The notes under the pieces: generated by a model
What the model was told of the DNA's origin: nothing
Database searches by the model: none
Seen by the model: only the letters and a program-made list of their open reading frames with translations
Origin: Orbicella franksi
Taxonomy: Eukaryota
Assembly: GCA_964199315.1 (NCBI GenBank)
Contig: OZ116703.1
Coordinates: 310,001 to 374,000, forward strand
DNA: 64,000 bases
Reading direction: 5' to 3'
Made by a program: the position numbers and the translations under genes
Shown: positions 11,673 through 22,400 of the stretch, in pieces
Layout: every line of letters begins with the position of its first letter
How positions within the stretch are numbered: position 1 is the first letter of the stretch

Positions 11673-12751
11673 ACCAGAATATTCGTTCGGGTGAAATGAG
11701 TTTGAAGTAACTTCATGGCAACGAATTACCTGATGTCAAGCCTTCAAAGATCAATATTCACACGAGAAATTCTGTGGAACAAGCTTGATTTGCTTGATTT
11801 AAGACAAAGCTATAGAAAAGGTACACGTCACTTAGAGGTCTCTGAAAGGGTCGAGGTGTTAAAATTTAAAGAACTGTTAATTAGATAAAGTGTTCGTTAA
11901 CCCACCGTTCACTAATGACTGACGTTAACTGATGCGTGAGAAGATCTTTTGTCAGTTGCTCAACGAGAAAACAAGATTGAACCTTTGTTTTCTGATGAGT
12001 TTTGTCAATAACCCTTGAGATTTATGATTAAATTTCTGAAATAACACAAAACATACAAATATCACGGAGTAAGATTGGGAAAGTTCTACACTCATACCAT
12101 GCGCAAGGGTCGGTACGTGCTTAAGAATGCTTTAGACTTACATCAAACTCCATTCGAGCAAAAATAACCACCCTGTGACGTCCGTTTTTGTGTTTCTTTG
12201 TTAAACTCTAAAGAAAAAAAACTCCGCTTTCGTTGTTCAATGTAACTGAAAGTAACAAAGCAGATTGTCGTGCTCTCATAAAATGGTCCATTGTAAATCT
12301 CAAAAGAGAACTGAGACAAGAGGTGGTATAGCATTCGAGAAAGTCTCAGGATATCTGCTGCCGATAGCGATCCAGTGCTTAAGTGAATAAACAATGAAAT
12401 TCAAGCTGTTACCGAGTAATGATCTTTCTAGCGGCAATAGCAAAAATCAAATTATTTGCGTTTTTAATTTCTACTGAATGACGGAGGCGCACGATACTCC
12501 AGCGAAAATCTGTCAGAATTCGGATCGCAAAACGATTGAAGAATTCGGTGTATAGTGTTAAAGTAACAGAAACGGAAGACAGTCCAGTCAGTATAGCTAC
12601 ACCAGATAACATGCAGCCAAACTGAGGACTTCAGAAGCGTCTTTATGTGTTAGTAACTGAAAGGCGGCCCCAAAATGATGCTGGGTTAAGAATCTCAATT
12701 CTACGTTTAAACTTGTGGTGTGTACCGAAAAGCGTAATAATATACCGTAGC

Positions 12752-12950
12752 TTATTTAACAAATAAAGAAGCCTAAGCCGTGAATTACACTGTGATAAAA
12801 AACGACGGACATTTGAGAACAACATTTCTCGAGGAACAGAGGTAATGTGGCGAAAAACAACAAAACACGCTTTTCCTATGTTTTAAACTCTGATAAACAT
12901 GGGTTTCTGACAAATCACAGCGCGCGCAGGATCCTATCTATATTATGAAA
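12752..12950. repeat. Dispersed repeat fragment, same family as 31190-31666
   Basis: AAGAAGCCTAAGCC..TTACACTGTGATAAA matches 31441-31475 and the reverse complement of ~31600-31665. GGTAATGTGGCGAAAAACAA...CCTATCTATATTAT matches the reverse complement of ~31195-31302. Confidence 0.7.
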
Positions 12951-13002
12951 AAGTTTATAACATGTTTTCCACCTTTCCTTCATCTAAACAACGTCGACTG
13001 AA

Positions 13003-13290
13003 TTGGGTGCTTAAGCAATGACAACAGCGACCCCGAGGACAATGGCTAGTAAAAATGAATTTATATTTTACATTCCAATTTCGCAATTGTCTAGACCTGT
13101 TGAGTGGGCCTGTCGGGCTCAAAGCTTGCTCAAGCTAAAAGTGTAACGCCACCGGTCGGTTCCAAAGGAAATTACGAAAATTTAGCCGCCCTCGTTCGCG
13201 TTCTCCAAAATACGTAGAACGTGGTCATTTCACGTTGTTGTCTTACAGAGGTCGGCTAAGAAATGTACAAAGATTTATAACGCACGTGTC
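13003..13290. repeat. Partial dispersed non-coding repeat (TTGGGTGCTTAAGCAATGAC... type)
   Basis: Resembles abundant cnidarian non-autonomous repeats I recall. Only one end is recognisable and this was not verified by search. Confidence 0.35.
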
Positions 13291-14550
13291 GCATAGCCAC
13301 TGATTTGGAAACTAAGGCTATGAACTTTTGTTTACAATAAACAATTTTGACAACGCTGAAGATGAGTATAGCAAACAATTTACCACCAATCAAGATCAGT
13401 GTTACCAATAAACAATTTCCTTAAACTATTCAATCTCTTAAGACAAATAGTTCAGTGAGCTAGGCACATTTACTTATTGAACAGCAAAGCTTAGCATGTT
13501 TTCAGGAAGTTTTACTCCGTGCGATGAATATGCACAAAACCAAGCCGTGCCATTTGGCTTGAATTCTGTGGACATGCAGACTTGCAACACTCAAAGCCGA
13601 CCCGCGCTGCAAGCTTCGATGATATTACCCACCAAAAATCAGGCAAGGTTCAAACTTTACCTGACGCAGAAAAGTACTACTCGATAATTTCCATTTGAAT
13701 GCTCACAGGGAGTTTCATCAGCAAAAATATAACTGAATCACCGTCAACATCCCAGCTTCTGTCGAGGGCACAGCACAAGAAGGTGGAAGTTCAGTGGCAG
13801 ATGGCACTTAAGGATAACAACGTATTTAACGTAACCATGTAAATAATCAATATTGATGTCATGCAAAGACGTTGCTCGAAAGAATTATCGCTGCTATTTC
13901 ACTTCAGTAAAATCTTGTTGTAGATGTACCCTGTCGATTAAAAAAGTCGTCCTTCACATTACAAATCTCTACACTTTTGATTGCAGTGAAATCTATGACC
14001 TGTTGGTACGGAACGCATGATGACGTGTGTTGCCACACAGATCTAGAAGCGAACATTGGTCCATTAGTACGAGACATTCCACTGCTATGTCGTGTACTGA
14101 CAAGCCATTATTCAGATTGCCTTCCTTAGAAACACAAGTACCACCCAGTCATAAAGACGTGACATGGCGACATCACATGACCCGCCTTTTTTTTGCGGAG
14201 GATTCACTTACCGAGCCAAAACCAGCCGTTTTATGCGTGACCTGGACGCTTTGTAAGAGGTATTACTAAATTTGTGAACGCAAATCTATAAATAAAGAAC
14301 TGATTAGAACTCACGTGAATGATCTAACACAAAAGAATTGACAGCTGACGGGGTTATGAATTCCTTGAAAAGAATGTTAAACAATAGACCACAGAATGAT
14401 GTATGACCTGAACAACAAAAGACGGGACGTCAAGCACTCCAAACAAAGGAACCTCCCATGTGGAAAGTCGTGAATCTTTCGTAACGCGTAGGAGTTGATT
14501 TGTCTGGAGGAAAACACAGTCTTGTGCATGACCGAGCAGTTGTAAACTTC

Positions 14551-15219
14551 ATGGAGAAGGCAAACGGACTTAATAATCTGTGCGCTGAAGATAAAAATCC
14601 GAAAATCATGAAGTTCAAAGAAGGCATGTCATTTATTTGGAAGAGAACAAGAGAAGGGCAAAGTCTCCGGAGAGCTTGTTCAGAAAGTTTTCTTTTCAGC
14701 GGCGAGTGGCTGCGATTAACAAACACAAATAAGACAGGAAGAAGCAAAGAGGAAGAACAGAATGACGCAAGTTGCGGGACTCTTCGAAGAACTGTTAAAG
14801 TTGAACACACTGGTCCTGTGAGGACAACAAGAACTGAATTACTACCCGTGAAATCATGTCTTCGTCGAGAGCAACAGGGCTCACCATCGACTCCGTCTCC
14901 AAATTGCAGACGTGTCACATTTTCCATGTATGCTTTGATTCTTACTGCTGCGAGCCAGAACTCTGTATCTGAACTGGAAGACCTCTTGGATAAAAAGCCT
15001 TGGTATATTAATAAACCGAGTTCGTCTGGAGAGACCGCTCTTCACAAGGCCGCCGCTAAAGGAAGTTTAGACTGTGTTAAACTACTCGTACAAAGAGGAG
15101 CGAATGTTAACTTGGTTGACAAGCAAGGTAGAACTCCACTGCTTATAGCGTGGGAGAACGAACACCTCGAGTGTCATAAACACATGCTAACATCAGTGAA
15201 ATTAAATCACTGTAGTTGA
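14551..15219 (+). CDS. Ankyrin-repeat PP1 regulatory subunit-like protein (PPP1R27/MYPT family), 222 aa
   Basis: First in-frame ATG is 14551 (the track start 14500 is TTG). SILK-like SCLR at 14854-14865, RVxF motif RVTF at 14911-14922, followed directly by three ankyrin repeats (SGETALHKAAAKGSLDCVKLLVQRGANVN; DKQGRTPLLIA). A 5' exon spliced to AG 14490-14491 cannot be excluded. Confidence 0.8.
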   Translation: MEKANGLNNLCAEDKNPKIMKFKEGMSFIWKRTREGQSLRRACSESFLFSGEWLRLTNTNKTGRSKEEEQNDASCGTLRRTVKVEHTGPVRTTRTELLPVKSCLRREQQGSPSTPSPNCRRVTFSMYALILTAASQNSVSELEDLLDKKPWYINKPSSSGETALHKAAAKGSLDCVKLLVQRGANVNLVDKQGRTPLLIAWENEHLECHKHMLTSVKLNHCS

Positions 15220-16140
15220 GGTACACGAACTTAGAATGACAACTGCGCTAAGTTATTCTAAAAGTCTTACATTTTCTAAAGTTTATTTTGTCAGTATAGA
15301 TTGTATTTTTAGTATTATTTAACCCCAGATGATCAAGAATGTTTTAAAGAATTGTGAAAAATTGAATGCATGTAAATATGACAATCGCGACAACAGGTAT
15401 ATATCAATGTTTCTATTACTGCCTCCAAGTAGAAACGAATTCTGGGTTGAAAATCAATTGTTGGGGGAAGGAAATTCCAAGGATTCTCTAGAGGCTTGCG
15501 ACATTAAACAATTGAAATGTTTTGTTAGCTAACAATGTTGATATTTAATAAATTATTGAAACATTTTATTAATTCAGGTTTGGTATAAACTGTCTCATAT
15601 TTAACACACTGAGTAAGATAATTTCTCTTCTTAGTTAAACTTCACCCAATGAAAACAAATTGGTCACTAACATAACGGGCTTTTCTAGTGACCAAATTTA
15701 AATGGAGAAATTGGCCGTAGGGGAAACACTTCCAAAACTAGAAACTAACTAAGAATAGGTCTGTTCTTGTTTATATCTTTGCCTACGGAATCAATTTAAA
15801 GATATGTAAAGAGACAACGTTATCAGGATTAGGTTGTCGCCTGCTGAGAACCACACTGAGCTAACGTTGCTTGGAAATCACGGTTAATCTGAATACAGTT
15901 TCCTTTTATTCCATGATGAGTTTAAATTTTCAAGTCCCGAGAACACACAATCTCCGCTGTAGGGAGGCCGTTAAGAATGATCATCAAGCAAAAGCTTCTC
16001 AACATCTCTTAATGGCAAAGCGTATACTCACACTAAAATCGTGTGCCACGACTCGGAAATCAGTTTTGCGCAAAAATAAGTTCACGCGAAAAAACGGGTT
16101 CCCGCAATCGTCGCAAAAACTTATACCAGTGGCGAAAAAT

Positions 16141-17385
16141 TCTGGAAAACGCAATGATCCAACAAACTATTGACCAATATCAATAGTCCCAGTCGTGGCT
16201 AAAATATTTGAAGGGGTTGTGTATGACCAGTTACCCCACTATCTCACTGAAACTGTATTCTCTCTTGTTATCAATCTGGATCTCGTTCTCTACACTCTAC
16301 GGTTACTGCGCTACTCGAAGCTATGGATAGTTGGGCCATGAATATTGATCTCGGTTTCGTCAATGCCGTTGTTTTTCTAGATTTAAAAAAGGCTTTCGAC
16401 ACCGTCGATCACAAACTTGTCTAATGAACGCACTCAAACTTGTCTAATGAACTCCTTTATGTCTACTCCAAAATTTGTCAAATGTGGTGTCCCCCAGGGA
16501 ACAATTCTAGGACCTTTACTTTTTCTTTTATATATTAATGACCTGCTGGATTGTCCCTTTGTTTTTCACAACCTAGAATGTATGCATATGACACCAGCCT
16601 CACCTTCGCTAGCGTAGATTATAAACATACTGATGACTGTCTTAACTACGATTTAAACAGGGTATATAAATGGCTATCAGCCAATAAACTGACCTTGAAT
16701 TTAACAAAAACTGAGTTCATGTTAGTTACGTCAAGACAGAAGTTATCAACATTTCCTAAAATTCCTAATTCTTTCAGTATAAATGACCATTCAGTGAAGC
16801 AAGTGTCACCTACGAAATATCTTGGTCTGCACATCGACCGAAATATGAACTGCATGTGGCAGTGGTCTCTCTGAAAAGCTTCAGAAACTCCAAAATCGGG
16901 CAGCCCGAATTTTAATGTGGGCCAATTATGACGCTAATATCGATGAATTGTTCCGGGCACTGGCTTGGCGTAAACTCACATATCAACTGGATTTTAATCA
17001 GCTGCTTTATGATGTAGAAATCTTTACATGGGATGACCCCTGAGTATCTGAGTTCTAAATTTGTGTTTCGAAACACATAACATCATATCGATGAAGGAAT
17101 ACTGAAAATAAATTGGCACTTACGCAGCCCCGCACCAATTATTTGAAGAAGAATTCTCTTACAGCGGAGCCAGGTTGTGAAACAGCCTATCCAGTGACCG
17201 TCGTGCAGGCAACATCTTTACGGATTTTAAACTTAACATACGTCACCACAGAATGAGTTTTAACACGGCATCCTTTTAACGCAGCTTTTAGTATGTAGTT
17301 TAGGTTAGTTGGATAATTAGTCGATCTTTTATCATTTTATAATCTTTGCTGAAGGATTTACCATGTATAAATATAAATAAAATAC
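16141..17385 (+). pseudogene. Decayed 5'-truncated non-LTR retrotransposon (CR1/L2-type) reverse transcriptase and 3' end
   Basis: PTNY*PISIVPVVAKIFE, VFLDLKKAFDTVDH, CGVPQGTILGPLLFLLYINDL, MYAYDT (YADD degenerate, 16578-16595), WLSANKLTLNLTKTEFM, KYLGLHID. In-frame stop 16171-16173, frameshifts, an internal deletion and a TAAA-rich tail near 17370-17385. Confidence 0.9.
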
Positions 17386-17564
17386 CATTACCATTACCGA
17401 TATTATACATAAAACCAACACATGCAGAATCTTGGTGCGGTCCCATTTATTTAATTAAAACGTCTCTTTCGTTTAGAAACAAACCTCAAGGGGTATACAT
17501 CAAGAGGTACCGTAGCCCTCGGCCCAATCAGCCAGATGTAGTTGTAATGGAGTGATTCTGAGTA

Positions 17565-17831
17565 CCGTGTTTTACATCTCTTCATGTTGTTTCACTTGTC
17601 GATTGCAAGTAGTTTTCAATAAAAAAAAAACAAAACAAAACAAAAGGTCATAATCGAAGCAAACTCGACTTCCTTTGTGATAATCGCAAAAATTAATACC
17701 CAGCACTGAAGAAAGGATAGAAAGCAACTCCAAAAAACAGCCTTTCACAATCGCAAAAATTGCTTCCCGCAAAATACAAAAATTCGCCTATTGGCAAAAT
17801 TAAGCTGCTGCAAAATTTTCGTGCCACACTG
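17565..17831. mobile_element. Short non-autonomous element flanked by TA
   Basis: TA|CCGTGT... at 17563-17570 and ...CACACTG|TA at 17825-17833, with repeated AATCGCAAAAATT sub-motifs inside. Confidence 0.4.
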
Positions 17832-19492
17832 TAAGTCATTAGATGGAACAATTGAAAATGCCCGTGGGGTGGTTCCCTCTCAGTGCACCAGAAATGATCC
17901 CTCACAACTGTTCTTAGAACAACGTGAGATTAAACAAATATGAGCAATTTGCAAATATGAACTCGAGCCTTCGTACGAAGGAAAACAAAAACGAAAACAA
18001 AAACACCGTTCAATAGCCACGCCATCTTTAAATGAGCAATGCGCAATTGATCGGCCTTTATCGTTAACGAGAATTTCCAAAGCTAGGTTCGGAGGTGCTT
18101 CGCGACGGTTTGCGATGTTTTTGAACATTTCCCAAGCCTTCCGAAAGCCTTTCAGTCGATGGTCAACTTTTCCTCAGTAAAATGTAACGAGGCTCTTTGT
18201 TGGAGTGTGGTTCTTACGGTTAGTGGCCGATAGGTTGGCTATTTTACCGCCAACGGTAAATTACTTCTCATGCGGCTCACAGAAATCTTAAGGTGGATCA
18301 CATCTGTTTCTCAAAGTTTTCAGTGCTCAATTAATTAATATCTCCAAATTGTATTAAAAAAATTCCCGTAAACCCTTCTCGCCCACTTTCAAGCAAGTTT
18401 TTTTTCGCAACTCATTCTTTCTAATGCTCACGACCAGCCCCTCCCCTCCACTCAACTCCCCTCGCTACCCCGTAAAAAAATAAACAGTCCCTAAACTCTT
18501 AAATAAACAAGTCTGAAGAAAGTTAAGTTCCAAAGAAGCCTCAGAATTGAAAACAAATGGTCAATGGCAATATTCAAACATAGCTGTAATATAATATAAA
18601 AATCTCAGATCAGATCGGAGGGGATAGACTGGATAATCTGTGAGTGAAACATTCCTCGACCCTGGCGAGAGATGAAAAATACTCTTCGGGATGGGGAGTG
18701 ATAGCATTGTCTTCTCCCACATTTCGCGATTTCAAATCGTGTTGACGATTTCAGTGCGGAAAAGATAAGAGACTACTTTTAATATTTCCTAAATATTACA
18801 TAAACAACGCGGATGAAAATTCAAAGCACTTTATTCTACACATTATAAACTTCAATCTATTGGACTGTGGGAATTTTGGACCTATTTCTAGTGCTGGCTT
18901 AAGGCAGCTTTATTACATATTTACATCTGAATGAGACTATATTGATGATTGATCCTGCCAGTACCCGGATGAACACCAAGTTTATTTGCTAGTGTTCATA
19001 TCATCACCTCTCCTTGAATAATAATGACAGGAGCTTCGATAAATCAGCACTTTCAGCTTTTACTGAAGTAGCTTGTTATGACCAGAATTTGTTCATATCC
19101 TGGACTTTAAAACTCAAAACATACCAATAACTTCTTGTGAAAGAATTTTCAGGTTAGCTTATACAGTACCGTCTTCCACACTACAGCATTTTATTAATTA
19201 TCTTACGCTCTTTGAAATTTAAGTTGTATTTTTCTTCACGGGCAATTTGGTCTGGGTTCATATAATTTTAAAAACGGTAGCACGCAAAATCAAACTATCT
19301 TTCAGGATTTGTTTAAAGTTTGCTACAAAGCTCTTTACCGCGTAATCAACTAAAATAGTAAATGATCTAAATCTCAAATAACCCGTATTATTTCATCCTT
19401 AGGATTTTAAATTCGTTCTTAAATTGTTTCGTTTACTTTTTAGTGGCATTGAACTTAGGATGATATAACTGCCACACCTGATCATTGAGGTC

Positions 19493-22400
19493 TTATTGCG
19501 GATGAACAGAATTCGACTCCAGTCCATTTTGATCGAACACAGCTCGGTTACTCGTCACAGATTGCATCCCCATTAAGTTGCCCTGGTCGGCATTACTGAC
19601 TGGTGTTTGTTGAACCATTTCTCCGCTGTCGATGCGCTCTCTTGTTCCCTTGACAACGCCCGAAACTCCTGAGAAATCTTCGTCATCCACCATCTTGTGT
19701 GCCTCTTTAATCAACTCGCCCTTTTCAATCTGCTGCGTCGTTTGCTTGGCACGGCCGGACACACTTGAAAAATCTTCCTCGTCAACCATTTTAGGCGCGT
19801 GTTTCATTAATTCTCCTTTTTCTATTTGCTGAGTTGTTTGTTTTGTGACTCCTTGAGTCACACCAAAGTCCTCAGTTTCAACCATCTTCGGTGCTTGTTT
19901 GATGAGAGCACCCGACTCAATTTCTCGAGTGGTTTCCTGGGTACGGCCATGAACTGCTGTGAAATCTTCATCTGAAATGGTTCTTTTGGTTTCTATATGA
20001 GGCGCACCTTCCTTCTCGTAGCTTGACTTCACCGCTAGGGCTACACCGCGGGCAGCTTCCAGATCCTCCCGCTCGCTATCCATGGTTCGTCTTCTCGGAC
20101 CTTGGTTCTGGGCTGCTTCCTGGAACTGTTTCAGTTGCTCCTTGGTTGATCCAGGTGTCACAATAGGTTCCTCCCGCTCCACAGTCTTCTGGTCTTCAAA
20201 TTCTCCCTTTTCGAACCGACTTCTGGTTGCCAAAGCCTTGCCAGGGTTAAGAGCCTCGTCCTCGACTTGTGATTTCTCATAGCCTTTGGCAGCAGCTGCT
20301 TTTAGTGCTTCTTTAGTTGCGTGAGCAACGCCAGATGGAGGAAGTTCTTCCTTCCAAGAATCCTGAATATTTGACTCGGCGTGAATAACTTTATCCTGCT
20401 CAAACATTTGCCTGACCCCACGAGTGCTGCCGGGGGGCGGAAGGGCATCTTCCTCGTCCTGAGACTGATTCTTTCGTGATGAAACCTCCACGCTCTGCAT
20501 GTACATCGCTGTCCGGGCTTTAGCCTCGCCTTTGTCTGGTTCATAACTCAAGCGCCTTTGTGCCTTGCCTTCATCGTCGTTTCTTTGCTCAAATCTACGC
20601 CGCACGGAAGACGCAGCACCGGCTGAAGGCATTTCCTCGGAGTTGTTCGTCTCGCGTACGTGCCTATCTTCGGCGCGGATAACTTGACCAGATTCGATGC
20701 TTGCACGTGTTTTAGATGCAATTCCTGTGGCAGGTAAGTATTCCTCTTCTTCATCTTCCTTCTTGCTATCTACGTTGCGCGCCGTTCCTTTCTCGAATGC
20801 TTCTCTGTTCGAGGCGGCTATTCCACCTTGGATCTCATCAAGGCCCTCAAGTTCTCGCTGCTGTGAAGGAGTTTTTGAAGCTTGGTTTTCTTGGTACCTC
20901 TTCATACTTGCTTTAGTGACACCAGACAGTATTTGCAAATCAACCGGCGTTTCTTTTTCCGCTTCTTGAGGCTGAGATTCAAAAAGGTCCTTAGCTCGTC
21001 TCGCACTTCCACTTTTTGGTAGTTCTTCCTCTGCAATCTTTCCCCTTTCACGTTCCAGCTCCCGCTCCCTTTGAAGGTAGGAAAGACGGAGGGCACTTCA
21101 AGTAAGTTACACGAAATATGATTTGACTAAAGGAAAACTTAGACAACACATTTTTCAACAGTGATTGGGGGAATTTACATGTAATAATCATTTAAATTGA
21201 TTTTTCTACTGCTTAATTTATTCCTAAGGAAAGAGAGAGAGAAAGATTAAATGTAGAAAATGACAGCAAATGGCAGGAGCTCAAAACTCACTAATTTTCC
21301 ACAAATAATCACGTTTCTGAACGTGTTGACACTGATGGAAAGTGAAAAAATCAACTTTTTTACGTAAGTTCACTAAGCTTTGCTCCGATAATCCGGCAAT
21401 GAGTTTTTCAACCAATACTTCAGATATTACAGAAGTCTACATCCTGTTTGCCAGACAGTTGCCGGCTTTATTCGCCAAAACTTGCATAATAACCGCATCA
21501 AATCGACAAAATGTACGCCCAAAGGCGAGGCGTATTCGCAGTCAAAACTTAAATTCGAGGAAAAGAATCATACTCGAAGATTTTTATCGTCGGTGTAAGT
21601 GCAGCGACAATCGACGCGACAGTGGAGTTGAGTAGTGTTCTGTCATACGTATTATAAACATTTCTCAACCAAGAGTTCTATCCTTGGTTTAATTAAGAAA
21701 AGAGCCAAAAAATTGAAAAAGATGCTTTCATTTTTCACTTTAATACACAATGCTCTTCTGTTATATGAAAGAAACAGATTCTATCCCTTTAGGCCTGACG
21801 ATGGTTCGTTTGTAGCGAGAAGTTTCTACATTGTCGCTTTTTATTAAAGACGCGTTACCGAATTTGAGCTTTGTACTATTAAGCGACCACAGATACAGTA
21901 GAAGACGGATTATCGCTCGAGAAGACCAAAAACTGGTTTGCAACTACATCAAAAGCAACTGGCAGTAACACATACCTCAGCAGTGAAGCGAAATTAACCG
22001 GTTGATTAGAATACTCAACTGAAATCACTCTAGCAGGCGCGACGTGGTGGTGAATTCTAATGAACTACGATAGCAGCATTTGGCCACCTTGACTTTCGTA
22101 TCGCTTTAAGTGATAGCCAGCAAAACAACAATAAATCAACCAATACCATCACGCCATTCATAAAACAGCTTATTAAGGCACGACTTAATGGCAAAGTGCT
22201 TTCCAGTCTTTCCTCGCAGTTCGCAACAAAGGGTAAATGAAAGATTAAAGAAATACTGAACTAAAGGAAGCAGGTGACGGGAGATAATGTAATAAAGTTA
22301 TCAATGAAACACCACGCGAGATCCACCGTGTAATGCTCGACATTGTATCCCGGCCCTTTCGTTTTGTTCTTTGTATATTCCAGTGTTTCACGCCGTTGTT

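Noticed and set aside
14430-14927. 165-aa minus-strand ORF, plus similar antisense ORFs at 2284-2559, 3564-3875, 53151-53657, 59615-59884 and 61074-61352
   Set aside because: They overlap well-supported coding exons on the opposite strand and show no recognisable motifs.
16141-17385. Active or domesticated reverse transcriptase
   Set aside because: Stop codon, frameshifts, internal deletion and a mutated YADD motif.
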